A program made the translations under genes and the position numbers. Shown here piece after piece: positions 20,087 to 29,000 of a stretch of DNA of 64,000 nt. The DNA is from an uncultured Clostridium sp. (GTDB lineage: Bacteria > Bacillota > Clostridia > TANB77 > CAG-508), in the NCBI GenBank assembly GCA_964370905.1, contig CAYJKK010000006.1, positions 18,345 through 82,344 on the forward strand. Direction: 5' to 3'. The notes beneath the pieces were generated by a model, which saw only the letters and a list, made by a program, of their open reading frames with translations, did no database searches and was not told the DNA's origin. How positions within the stretch are numbered: the first letter of the stretch is position 1; each line of letters opens with the position of its first letter.

Positions 20087-20722
20087 ATGGATATATTAAA
20101 AGACGAAAATAATAATTATATAAAAGCATATAATCCAAGTATTCAGTTTGGAAAAATAGATAATGATATAGTAAATATATATATGCAATATAATCAGTTA
20201 AAAAACATATATAGGCAAGGTTGGCTAAAAATAAGAATAGGCTTAGAACATAAAGAAAAATGTGAATCCATAGCAGACCATACCTTTTCTGTTTCTATGT
20301 TAGCAATTACTATAGTTCAAAAATATGAATTAAAGCTAGATATGTTAAAAGTTTTAAAGTTAGCTATTATGCATGAACTAGGCGAAATATATGCAGGTGA
20401 TTATACACCTTTTGATAATATTACAGAAAACCAAAAACATAGATTAGAAAAAGAGGCAGTAGAAAAATTAATAAAAGATATAACATTCGAAAATGATTTT
20501 TTAGAGACATGGCTAGAATATGAAGAAAAACAAACAGAGGAATCTAAATTCGTTTCAGAATTAGATAAACTAGAATTTTTACTCCAAGCAGTAGCATATG
20601 GATATGATGTAAAATACTTTAAAAGAACTTTAGAAAAGTGTAAAAGTAAATATAGTTTAGACATAATAGAGGAATTAATAAAAATAAGTAGAGGTAAAAA
20701 AGAGCCTAAAATAATAGGATAG
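20087..20722 (+). CDS. HD domain phosphohydrolase (YfbR-like 5'-deoxynucleotidase family)
   Basis: HD motif ...ADHTFSVSMLAI...MHELGEIYAGD. Confidence 0.7.
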   Translation: MDILKDENNNYIKAYNPSIQFGKIDNDIVNIYMQYNQLKNIYRQGWLKIRIGLEHKEKCESIADHTFSVSMLAITIVQKYELKLDMLKVLKLAIMHELGEIYAGDYTPFDNITENQKHRLEKEAVEKLIKDITFENDFLETWLEYEEKQTEESKFVSELDKLEFLLQAVAYGYDVKYFKRTLEKCKSKYSLDIIEELIKISRGKKEPKIIG

Positions 20723-20740
20723 AAAGAGGAGGAAAAAGAT

Positions 20741-21766
20741 ATGGTAAGTATAGAAAACTTAGAAAAAGAATTAAAACAAGATAAATTACATAGTATATAT
20801 CTTTTTTCAGGGGAAGAACTATTTTTATTAGAAAATTCAGTAAAAAAAATTAAAACAATATTTGGAGAATTAGTAAAAGGTATTAACTATATAAATATAG
20901 ATGAAACAAACTATAAAATACTAATTCAAGAATTAGAAACACCAGCATTTGGTTTTGAGAAAAAATTAATAATTGTAAAAAATGCAAATATTTTTTCAAA
21001 AGAAGGTAAAAAGAAAAATGCTGAAATGAAAGAATATAGAGAAAAACTAAGTGCGTATCTAAAAGAAAATATAAAAATGATAAATGAAAGCATAGTTTTA
21101 GTGTTTATTGAAGAAAATATAGATCTAAGATATGAAATAATAAAAGCGGTAGATGAATTAGGAGTAAATACCAAATTCGAATATCTTAAAGAGCCACAAT
21201 TAAAAGCAAGACTAAAAGCAATTTGTAAAGGATATAAAGTGGAAATTTCAGAAAATGTACTTACATATTTGTTGGAATGCTGTGGTACTTCAATGCAAGA
21301 CCTAATTAATGAAATCAGAAAACTTATTGAATACAAAGGTGAAAATGGAGTAATTGAAAAAGAAGATATAGATAAATTATCAATTAAAAAAATAGAAAGT
21401 ATAATATTTGAATTAACAGATAATTTAGGTAAAAAAGATGTTTCTAAATCATTAGAAGTTTTAAATAATTTAATATACTCAAAAGAGCCAATACAAAAAA
21501 TTTTAATAACACTATATAATCATTTCAAAAAGATATATTTTACAGGCTTAGCAGTTAAAACAAACAAAGATATAATATCTACACTAAAATTAAAGCCAAA
21601 CCAAACATTTTTGGTAAATAAGTATAAAACACAAGCTAGATATTTTGGTGAAAAAGACTTAAGAAAAATATTACAAAGTTTAATAGATTTAGATTATAAC
21701 TATAAAAATGGATTAATAGATTTACAAGTTGGTTTAGAAAGTATTTTATGTGTTTATTGTTCATAA
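20741..21766 (+). CDS. holA: DNA polymerase III subunit delta
   Basis: N-terminus LHSIYLFSGEELFLLENSVKKIK and a length of 341 aa are typical of HolA. Confidence 0.8.
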   Translation: MVSIENLEKELKQDKLHSIYLFSGEELFLLENSVKKIKTIFGELVKGINYINIDETNYKILIQELETPAFGFEKKLIIVKNANIFSKEGKKKNAEMKEYREKLSAYLKENIKMINESIVLVFIEENIDLRYEIIKAVDELGVNTKFEYLKEPQLKARLKAICKGYKVEISENVLTYLLECCGTSMQDLINEIRKLIEYKGENGVIEKEDIDKLSIKKIESIIFELTDNLGKKDVSKSLEVLNNLIYSKEPIQKILITLYNHFKKIYFTGLAVKTNKDIISTLKLKPNQTFLVNKYKTQARYFGEKDLRKILQSLIDLDYNYKNGLIDLQVGLESILCVYCS

Positions 21767-21943
21767 TATAAATAGAGAAAATGGTATGAAAATAAAGTAA
21801 AATGAAAATAAAATAAAAGTAAAATAAAAAGTATAAAAAACCCTTTTTTGATAAGAATAAGTATAAAGTATAAAATTGTAAATGAAAACAAAATGCGCAG
21901 TGAAAATACAATATAAATTCTTATAGAAAGAGGTTTTTTTATT

Positions 21944-22669
21944 ATGGAAAAAGAAGAAAATAATAAAAAAGGAAAAAAGTTAAAAAATAAATTGAGATTA
22001 ATAAGTAACAGAAAATTCCTATTAATTATATCTCTATTAATACTAATAATAGGATATATATTTAATAATTATCAAGTAGATGCAGTTTTTAAATATGGAT
22101 CAAATGGTGAAGAAGTAAAACAAATACAAGAAAAATTACAAAGATGGGGACATTATGATGGAGAAATAGATGGGAATTATGGTAGTAAGACACAAGAAGC
22201 GGTTAAAGATTTTCAACAAAGTGTGGGAATAACAGCAGATGGAATAGCAGGGAACGAAACATTAGAAAAAATGGGAATAGAGGTAAACAATCAAACATCT
22301 AATCCTTCTACAAGTAACTCAAATGATTTGAATTTATTAGCAAGAATTATAAATGGAGAAGCAAGAGGAGAAACATATGAAGGACAAGTAGCAGTTGGAG
22401 CAGTTGTTTTAAACAGAGTAAAAAGTGGTAATTTTCCAAATACAATAGCAGGTGTTATATATCAAACTGGTGCTTTTGATGCAGTTTCAGATGGGCAAAT
22501 CAATTTAGAACCAAGTAGTAGCTGTATAAAAGCAGCGCAAGATGCATTAAATGGTTGGGATCCAACGTATGGTGCAATATACTATTTTAACCCAAGTACA
22601 GCAACAAATAAGTGGATATGGTCAAGACCAGAAACAGTAACAATAGGTAAGCATAGGTTTGCAAAATAG
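21944..22669 (+). CDS. spore cortex-lytic / cell wall hydrolase, SleB/CwlJ family, with PG-binding domain
   Basis: TM anchor, then a PG_binding_1 repeat (GSNGEEVKQIQEKLQRWGHYDGEIDGNYGSKTQEAVKDFQ), then a Hydrolase_2 domain (LLARIINGEARGETYEGQVAVGAVVLNRV...AGVIYQTGAFDAV). Confidence 0.85.
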   Translation: MEKEENNKKGKKLKNKLRLISNRKFLLIISLLILIIGYIFNNYQVDAVFKYGSNGEEVKQIQEKLQRWGHYDGEIDGNYGSKTQEAVKDFQQSVGITADGIAGNETLEKMGIEVNNQTSNPSTSNSNDLNLLARIINGEARGETYEGQVAVGAVVLNRVKSGNFPNTIAGVIYQTGAFDAVSDGQINLEPSSSCIKAAQDALNGWDPTYGAIYYFNPSTATNKWIWSRPETVTIGKHRFAK

Positions 22670-22878
22670 GTATGACAAACTCCTACTATTCCTATCAATC
22701 TACTATATTTAGTAGATTATCTTGAGGTGCAGAGCTAGAAAGTTTGAAACGAATGAGTCATTTGTAGAATTTACAATTCTACTAGTCTAATCTAAAGTAG
22801 TGACGAGAGAAAAGAAAGACTACAACGTGTATGGAAACTAAAACTAATATTATATAAGAATAATAATTAGTTACTAGC

Positions 22879-22904
22879 ATAGGTTCGAATCCTATAAGTT
22901 GCAC
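22879..22904 (+). ncRNA. orphan tRNA-like 3' fragment (T-arm ATAGG-TTCGAAT-CCTAT plus 7-nt acceptor 3' strand AAGTTGC)
   Basis: The T-loop TTCGAAT matches the tRNA consensus T54-T55-C56-R57-A58-N59-Y60 with a 5-bp stem. No 5' partner (GCAACTT), D-arm or anticodon arm is present upstream. A strong terminator follows immediately. Confidence 0.45.
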
Positions 22905-22912
22905 TTTAAAAA

Positions 22913-22944
22913 GACGGAAAGTTATTGAACTTTCCGTCTTTTTA
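22913..22944 (+). terminator. intrinsic terminator (11-bp GC-containing stem gacggaaagtt/aactttccgtc, loop attg, T5)
   Basis: Perfect hairpin followed by tttttat. A-run upstream, so possibly bidirectional. Confidence 0.85.
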
Positions 22945-22954
22945 TAAAATATAA

Positions 22955-23006
22955 AATATAAATATGAATAAGATAAATAAAATATAAATATGAATAAGAT
23001 AAATAA
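22955..23006. repeat. perfect tandem duplication, 2 x 26 nt (aatataaatatgaataagataaataa)
   Basis: Direct inspection: 22955-22980 is identical to 22981-23006. Confidence 0.9.
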
Positions 23007-23119
23007 AAAATAAATTGATAGTAATAAATAAAAGTTAGTATTATATTTAAAACATAGATATTTATTGACAAAATAAGTAGTAATTGATAATATATACTTA
23101 AGAAAAAATGGAGGGAAAA

Positions 23120-23632
23120 ATGAAACTATATCCAAATGATAACTTTAAAAAAGTAGAAGAAATAACAATAGAATATTTAAAAGAAAATAAAATAAATGGA
23201 CTAATACTAGATGTAGATAATACATTAGTAGATTATACAAAAAAAATGAAAGAACCAGTAGAAAAATGGCTAAGAAATATAGCAAATAGTGGAATACTAG
23301 TATACATATTATCAAACACAAGTGACGAAAAGAAAATAATAGAAATAACTAAAAAAGTAGACATAAAATATATATATTTTGCAAAAAAACCATTTAAAAA
23401 AGGATTCTTAAAAATACAAAAAGAATTTGGAATAAAGCCAGAAAATATAGCAGTAGTAGGAGATCAAATATTTACAGATATAATAGGTGGAAATAGGTGT
23501 AAAATGTTTACAATATTAGTAGATCCGATAGAAAGAAAAGAATTTTGGTATACAGCTTGGAAAAGACCAATAGAAGAAAATATTATGAAAAAATATTTCA
23601 AGCTAAAATCAAAAGAAAAGGAGAACAAATAG
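23120..23632 (+). CDS. yqeG: HAD-IIIA family phosphatase YqeG-like
   Basis: LILDVDNTLVDY and VGDQIFTDIIGGN motifs. The start is placed at the second ATG because 23108-23116 (atggaggga) looks like the RBS. Confidence 0.8.
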   Translation: MKLYPNDNFKKVEEITIEYLKENKINGLILDVDNTLVDYTKKMKEPVEKWLRNIANSGILVYILSNTSDEKKIIEITKKVDIKYIYFAKKPFKKGFLKIQKEFGIKPENIAVVGDQIFTDIIGGNRCKMFTILVDPIERKEFWYTAWKRPIEENIMKKYFKLKSKEKENK

Positions 23633-24382
23633 ATGTATTTTAATGATGTACATATTGGTATCTATTTAGCGGTAATTGTGCTAGGTTTTATTGTAGGACA
23701 ATTAATAGACTGGGCAAATAAGCGATTACCAGAATACAAAAAAGTAATTTCAAAAGATATTATAGAAGAATATAAACATAAAGTAAAACCAAATTATATT
23801 TTGATGTTTATAACATCTGGTATATTTGTATTTTTGCTTTATACCTATGGAATAAAAGATACATTAATTGCAAATTTTGATTTAATAAAATATATGATAT
23901 TATCACCACTTTTATTATGTGCATTTGTCATAGACTATAAGTTGCAGATAATACCAAATAGACTAAATTTATTAATATTTGAAATAGGATTAATATTTAC
24001 ATTTTTATATGGTTTATCAGATTTTGCAATTACAATAAATATGTTGCTTGGAATGCTTGCAGGTGGAGGAATATTCTTAGGAATAACTCTAATTGGAGGA
24101 CTGTTTTATGGTAAAGAAGCAATGGGATTTGGTGATGTGAAATTCATGGGAGCATTGGGATTATTTTTTGGACTGTCAAACATAATAGTTATAACACTTG
24201 TTTCTTTTTTAATAGGAGCAATACTTAGTATCATATTAATAGTTACAAAAATCAAAAAAACAGACGAATATATACCATTTGGACCATTTATAGTAATTGC
24301 AACATATATTAGTATGTTTATACCATTTGAGCAATTAAAAAATGTATTAATGCAAGTATTTACACTTGGGATGTATAATTAA
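23633..24382 (+). CDS. prepilin (type IV leader) peptidase, A24 family
   Basis: Polytopic membrane protein with the aspartyl protease motifs of PilD/PulO (…IPNRLNL… and MGFGDVKFMGALGLFFG). Lacks the N-terminal Cys-rich methyltransferase/zinc domain. Confidence 0.8.
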   Translation: MYFNDVHIGIYLAVIVLGFIVGQLIDWANKRLPEYKKVISKDIIEEYKHKVKPNYILMFITSGIFVFLLYTYGIKDTLIANFDLIKYMILSPLLLCAFVIDYKLQIIPNRLNLLIFEIGLIFTFLYGLSDFAITINMLLGMLAGGGIFLGITLIGGLFYGKEAMGFGDVKFMGALGLFFGLSNIIVITLVSFLIGAILSIILIVTKIKKTDEYIPFGPFIVIATYISMFIPFEQLKNVLMQVFTLGMYN

Positions 24383-24413
24383 AGGGAAGTAGAAATAAAA
24401 AGGGGGTATACTT

Positions 24414-25472
24414 ATGAACTCTAAATTACAGTGGTTAAGAAATAAAATGTTAAGTATGAATTTACAAGGGATAATAATATCAAATCCAGTAAATATTAAA
24501 TATTTAACAAATATTGATGCAGAAGGAGAACTATTACTAACTTTAAAAGAAAACATATTCTTAACTGATTCTAGGTATATAGAAGAAGTTCAAACAACAA
24601 TTACGTTATTAGATGAAATAATTGTATATGATGTAAGAAGTATAACAAAAGATGATTATGAAAATTTCTTTATGTTTTGTGAAAATGTAGGCTTCGAAGA
24701 ACAGTATATTTCATACTATAAATATAAAGAATATATAAGGAAATATAGAATAAATAATTTTGTAGAAACAGAAAAAATTATTGAAAAACAAAGAACAATA
24801 AAAACAGAAGAAGAAATTAAAAATATAATAAAAGCGTGTGAAGTAACAGATAATTGTTTTGCACATATATTATCATATATAAAACCAGGTATGACAGAAA
24901 TAGAAATATCAAATGAAATCAAAAAATATTTTAGACAAAATTCTCATGGAAGATCATTTGAGCCAATTGTATTATCAGGAGAAAATACCTCAAAACCACA
25001 TGGTAAATCAACAGATAGAAAAATTCAAGAAAATGACATCATAATGATTGATATGGGGTGTAAAATAAATGGATATTGTTCAGATATGACAAGAACATTT
25101 TTTGTTGGAAATGTACCAGATAATATGAAAAGAGTATATAATTTAGTTTTGAAAAATCAAATTCAAACATCTGAACAAATGAAAGACGGAATGAATACAA
25201 AGTTATTAAGTAAAATGGTATCAAATGACTTTAAGTTAAATAGATTTGATTTAATACATAGTATAGGACATGGAGTTGGGCTCCAAATACACGAATCTCC
25301 ATTTGTTAGTGAAAATTCAGAAATGATATTAAAAGAAAATATGATAGTAACAAATGAACCAGGTATATATGTATATGGTAAATTTGGTATTAGAATTGAA
25401 GATACAGTACAAATTACAAAATTTGGTAGTATAAATTTAACTAAATCTGAGAAAAATTATATTGTAATATAA
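24414..25472 (+). CDS. pepP: Xaa-Pro aminopeptidase (M24 family)
   Basis: Creatinase-like N-domain plus M24 pita-bread motifs (DIIMIDMGCKINGYCSDMTRTF, HSIGHGVGLQIHESP, NEPGIY...GIRIED). Confidence 0.9.
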   Translation: MNSKLQWLRNKMLSMNLQGIIISNPVNIKYLTNIDAEGELLLTLKENIFLTDSRYIEEVQTTITLLDEIIVYDVRSITKDDYENFFMFCENVGFEEQYISYYKYKEYIRKYRINNFVETEKIIEKQRTIKTEEEIKNIIKACEVTDNCFAHILSYIKPGMTEIEISNEIKKYFRQNSHGRSFEPIVLSGENTSKPHGKSTDRKIQENDIIMIDMGCKINGYCSDMTRTFFVGNVPDNMKRVYNLVLKNQIQTSEQMKDGMNTKLLSKMVSNDFKLNRFDLIHSIGHGVGLQIHESPFVSENSEMILKENMIVTNEPGIYVYGKFGIRIEDTVQITKFGSINLTKSEKNYIVI

Positions 25473-25586
25473 TTTATTTCTAGTAATAAGTATTAATTAA
25501 GACATAGAGAGCTTGATTTTTAGAGTGAAATGTAGTAAAATAGTTAGAGTTTAAAAAAAAAGAAAAATTGAAGGGAGAAATAAATT

Positions 25587-26153
25587 ATGGCAGCAGTATA
25601 TTCAGCAGGTGATTTTAGAAATGGAACAACATTTGAAATGGAAGGTAATGTATATAGAATAGTTGAATTTCAACACGTAAAACCAGGGAAAGGTTCAGCA
25701 TTTGTTAGAACTAAAATGAAAAATGTTATAACAGGTTCAACTTTAGAAAAAACATTTAATCCATCAGATAAATTTCCAGCAGCAGAAATTGAAAAGAAAA
25801 CAATGCAATACTTATATAATGATGGAGGATTATACTATTTAATGGATAATGCAACATATGATCAAATGCCTCTTAATGAAGAACAATTAGGTGATTGTAT
25901 GAAATATTTAAAAGAAAATATGGAAGTAACAGTTCTTTCATATAAAGGAAGTGTATTTGCAGTAGAACCACCAACATTTGTAGAATTAGAAGTTACATAT
26001 ACAGAACCAGGATTTAGTGGTAACACAACAAATACTTCAGGTAAACCAGCTAAATTAGAAACAGGATTAGAATTACAAGTACCTTTATTTATAGATATTG
26101 GAGATATATTAAAAATAGACACAAGAACATGTGAGTATATGGAAAGAGTATAG
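25587..26153 (+). CDS. efp: elongation factor P
   Basis: 188 aa. N-domain with [16 protein letters not shown] (site of the modified Lys). Three OB/KOW domains. Confidence 0.95.
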   Translation: MAAVYSAGDFRNGTTFEMEGNVYRIVEFQHVKPGKGSAFVRTKMKNVITGSTLEKTFNPSDKFPAAEIEKKTMQYLYNDGGLYYLMDNATYDQMPLNEEQLGDCMKYLKENMEVTVLSYKGSVFAVEPPTFVELEVTYTEPGFSGNTTNTSGKPAKLETGLELQVPLFIDIGDILKIDTRTCEYMERV

Positions 26154-26168
26154 AAAGGTAGAGCGATT

Positions 26169-26591
26169 ATGGATTTTAATGACCAATATAAAGTGTTTTT
26201 AGAAGATATTCAAAAAAATATAACAAATGAGGTAGATAAAGCATATATAGAGAAAAGATTTTCAGACTTTGTAAATACAGTAATAGTTAAATTGAAAGAA
26301 AATAAGGAAAATTCAGAAACAAAAATGAAAGAATACGAAAAAACTCAAAATGCTTTAATACAAAAGGTTAATGAATTAGAAAATGCTATTGGTAGAATAG
26401 AAGATGATTTATACGAATATGATGAATATGACTTAGAAATTAAATGTCCATATTGTAGTGCAACTTTTACTACAGATGTAGAAGAAGTAAATAAAGAACT
26501 AGAGTGTCCTAGTTGTGAAAATATCATTGAGATAGATTGGACAGAGGCACAAGAAAAAAACTATACTTTTGAAGAAGATGAAGATATGTAA
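26169..26591 (+). CDS. coiled-coil / zinc-ribbon protein (CxxC...CxxC), function unknown
   Basis: 140 aa. C-terminal CPYCSATF-x18-CPSCEN. Acidic tail EEDEDM. Immediately downstream of efp. Terminator at 26604-26651. Confidence 0.5.
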   Translation: MDFNDQYKVFLEDIQKNITNEVDKAYIEKRFSDFVNTVIVKLKENKENSETKMKEYEKTQNALIQKVNELENAIGRIEDDLYEYDEYDLEIKCPYCSATFTTDVEEVNKELECPSCENIIEIDWTEAQEKNYTFEEDEDM

Positions 26592-26603
26592 TAGAAGAAA
26601 TAT

Positions 26604-26651
26604 ACCAGTTACTAGAAAATTAACTTTCTAATAACTGGTATAATTTTTTTG
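26604..26651 (+). terminator. intrinsic terminator after the Zn-ribbon gene
   Basis: taccagtta...taactggta stem (9 bp) followed by taatttttttg. Confidence 0.75.
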
Positions 26652-26753
26652 TAATTAAATAAAACAACAGAATTAGTAAGTTTTATTGTAATATTTTAGA
26701 AATTAGTGTAAAATAGGAATATCTTACAAATAATATTAGGAGGAAAAGAACAA

Positions 26754-27833
26754 ATGAAATTTGTTACAGATGAAGTAACTAAAAAAGAATATAAGGAATT
26801 TTTAGAAAACCACGAAAGATGTAATTTTCAACAATCTTTAGAGTGGGCAGAAATAAAAAAAGATAATTGGAAACCAGAAGTTATATTAGCAGAAGATGAA
26901 GAAGGGAAAATTGTAGGTTCACTATGTGTATGGGTAAGAAAAATACCTATATTTGGAAATATAATGTATTCTTCACGTGGTCCAGTATGTGACGTGCATG
27001 ACATAAGTGTAATGAATCAATTAACAGAAGGTGCAAAAGAACTTGCTAAAAAATACAAAGCAATAGTACTTAGAATAGAACCAGATATAAAAACAGATGA
27101 TCAAACTTTTAGAGATATAGTAACTAATTTAGGTTATAGGATAAAAGATGATGCTAAAGATTTTAAAGATGAAATACAACCAAGATTTGTATTTAGATTA
27201 GATATAAAAGATAAAACAGAAGAAGATATATTAGCAGGGTTTAAACAAAAATGGAGATATAATATAAAAGTTGCAACTAAAAAAGGAGTTGTAATCAAAG
27301 AAGGAACAAGAGAAGATTTAAAAGATTTTCATAAAATAATGATTGAAACAGGTAAAAGAGATGGCTTTATAATTAGACCACTAGCATATTTTGAAAAAAT
27401 GTATGATAGTTTAGGGAGTAAACATATGAAACTCTTAATGGCATATCATGAGGATAAACCAATTTCAGGAGTAATTCCAATTTTTTATGGAAATAAAACA
27501 TGGTACTTATATGGAGCTAGTAGTAATGAACATAGAAATTTAATGCCAAATTACCTATTACAATGGGAAATGATTAAAATGGCAATAGCTAGAAAAGATG
27601 ATGTATATGATTTTAGAGGTGTTTCAGGAGTTGTAGACGAAAACCATCCACAATACGGATTATATAGATTTAAACAAGGTTTTGGAGCAACATTTACAGA
27701 ATTTATTGGAGAAGTATATATACCATTTAAACCATTAACATATTCTTTATATAAGTTCTCAGAAAAAATGTTTAGAACATTAAGACAAATTAAAAGAAAA
27801 GTTAAAAAAGAAAAAAAAGAAGTTAAGAAATAA
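26754..27833 (+). CDS. FemAB-family peptidoglycan interpeptide-bridge aminoacyltransferase (FemX/MurM-like)
   Basis: 359 aa. Two GNAT-like halves with a coiled-coil insert and a conserved C-terminal FKQGFGA...F motif. Lys-rich tail KRKVKKEKKEVKK. Confidence 0.8.
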   Translation: MKFVTDEVTKKEYKEFLENHERCNFQQSLEWAEIKKDNWKPEVILAEDEEGKIVGSLCVWVRKIPIFGNIMYSSRGPVCDVHDISVMNQLTEGAKELAKKYKAIVLRIEPDIKTDDQTFRDIVTNLGYRIKDDAKDFKDEIQPRFVFRLDIKDKTEEDILAGFKQKWRYNIKVATKKGVVIKEGTREDLKDFHKIMIETGKRDGFIIRPLAYFEKMYDSLGSKHMKLLMAYHEDKPISGVIPIFYGNKTWYLYGASSNEHRNLMPNYLLQWEMIKMAIARKDDVYDFRGVSGVVDENHPQYGLYRFKQGFGATFTEFIGEVYIPFKPLTYSLYKFSEKMFRTLRQIKRKVKKEKKEVKK

Positions 27834-27881
27834 ATAAAACTAATAAAAAAAACTTAAATAAAATATATGGAGGAAATATAT

Positions 27882-29000
27882 TTGAACAAACTTGTGATAA
27901 AAAAAGAAGACTATATATATAATATAGATAAAATAAAGGAATATATTGATAAAAGTGGAATAGACGATAATGGAAATAAAACACAGATAATTGCAGTTGT
28001 TAAAGGAAATAGCTATGGAATGGGAATCATAGAAAGTACTAAAATTTTAGTAGACAATGGTATAACTTTTTTTGCAGTAGCAACTAAAGAAGAAGCAGTA
28101 CTACTTAGAAAATCAGGTATAAAAGAAAAAATATTAATGTTATCTCCAACATCTATAGAATATGATGTAAAAGAATTAATAGAAAATGAAATAATAATAA
28201 CTATAGGCTCGAAAGAAGATATCAAAATTGCAGAAGAATTAGGAAAAGAATTGAACAAAAAAGTAATTGCACATTTAAAAATAGATACAGGATTTGGAAG
28301 ATATGGTTTTGTATATTCAGAAATTTTAGAAAATATAGAAATATTAAAAGGATTATCAAACATAGAAATTCAAGGAACATTTTCACATTATTCAAATAGC
28401 TATTATGATGAAAAATATACTAAAGAACAATTTGATAGATTTTTAGAAGTAGTAAAAATTCTTAAGAAAAATGAAATTAATGTAGGAATGCTACATATTT
28501 GTAATTCATCAGCAGCATTAACAATACCACTGCATCACTTAAATGCAGTAAGAATAGGATCAGCATTTTTTGGAAGACTATCATGTAAAAATACATTAGG
28601 TCTTAGAAAAGTAGGTGAATTCAAATCACAAGTAGCAGAAATAAAGATACTCCCCAAAGGGTTTAATATAGGGTATTCAAATACATATAAAACAAAAAGA
28701 GAAACTAAAATAGCAGTTGTACCAGTTGGATATATGAATGGATTTAATGTAGTAAATAATAAAGATATGTTTAGATTTGTAGATAAATTAAGATATATTA
28801 AAGATGAGATGACAAAAATATTTAAAAAGCAAAAAATACATGTAAAGATAAATAATCAAAATTGCGAAGTATTAGGAAGAATAGGAACATATCATATAGT
28901 GTTAGATATAATAGATAAAAAAGTTGAAATAGGAGATGAAGTTAAGTTAGATATAAATCCTAAGTTTATAGATTCTAGTATTAGAAGGGAGTACTTGTAG
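27882..29000 (+). CDS. alanine racemase family (fold-type III PLP) protein, divergent
   Basis: PLP-Lys motif AVVKGNSYGMG (canonical AVVKANAYGHG). FSHYSNSYYDE (canonical HFAxADE). VPVGYMNGF (canonical IGYADG). C-terminal beta domain. The start is placed at TTG 27882 because atggagg at 27867 is the RBS. The ORF track has 27867. Confidence 0.75.
   Translation: MNKLVIKKEDYIYNIDKIKEYIDKSGIDDNGNKTQIIAVVKGNSYGMGIIESTKILVDNGITFFAVATKEEAVLLRKSGIKEKILMLSPTSIEYDVKELIENEIIITIGSKEDIKIAEELGKELNKKVIAHLKIDTGFGRYGFVYSEILENIEILKGLSNIEIQGTFSHYSNSYYDEKYTKEQFDRFLEVVKILKKNEINVGMLHICNSSAALTIPLHHLNAVRIGSAFFGRLSCKNTLGLRKVGEFKSQVAEIKILPKGFNIGYSNTYKTKRETKIAVVPVGYMNGFNVVNNKDMFRFVDKLRYIKDEMTKIFKKQKIHVKINNQNCEVLGRIGTYHIVLDIIDKKVEIGDEVKLDINPKFIDSSIRREYL

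Noticed and set aside
22670-22944. tmRNA (ssrA) hypothesis for the T-arm-containing region
   Set aside because: There is no G-rich acceptor 5' strand and no tag-peptide reading frame ending in ...ALAA stop. Only about 230 nt are available between the sleB stop and the terminator. It is kept only as an orphan tRNA-like fragment.
22782-23135. 117-aa minus-strand ORF spanning the tRNA-like fragment, terminator and tandem repeat
   Set aside because: It crosses a strong intrinsic terminator and perfect tandem repeats. Its translation is low complexity and there is no RBS. The region is better explained as non-coding.
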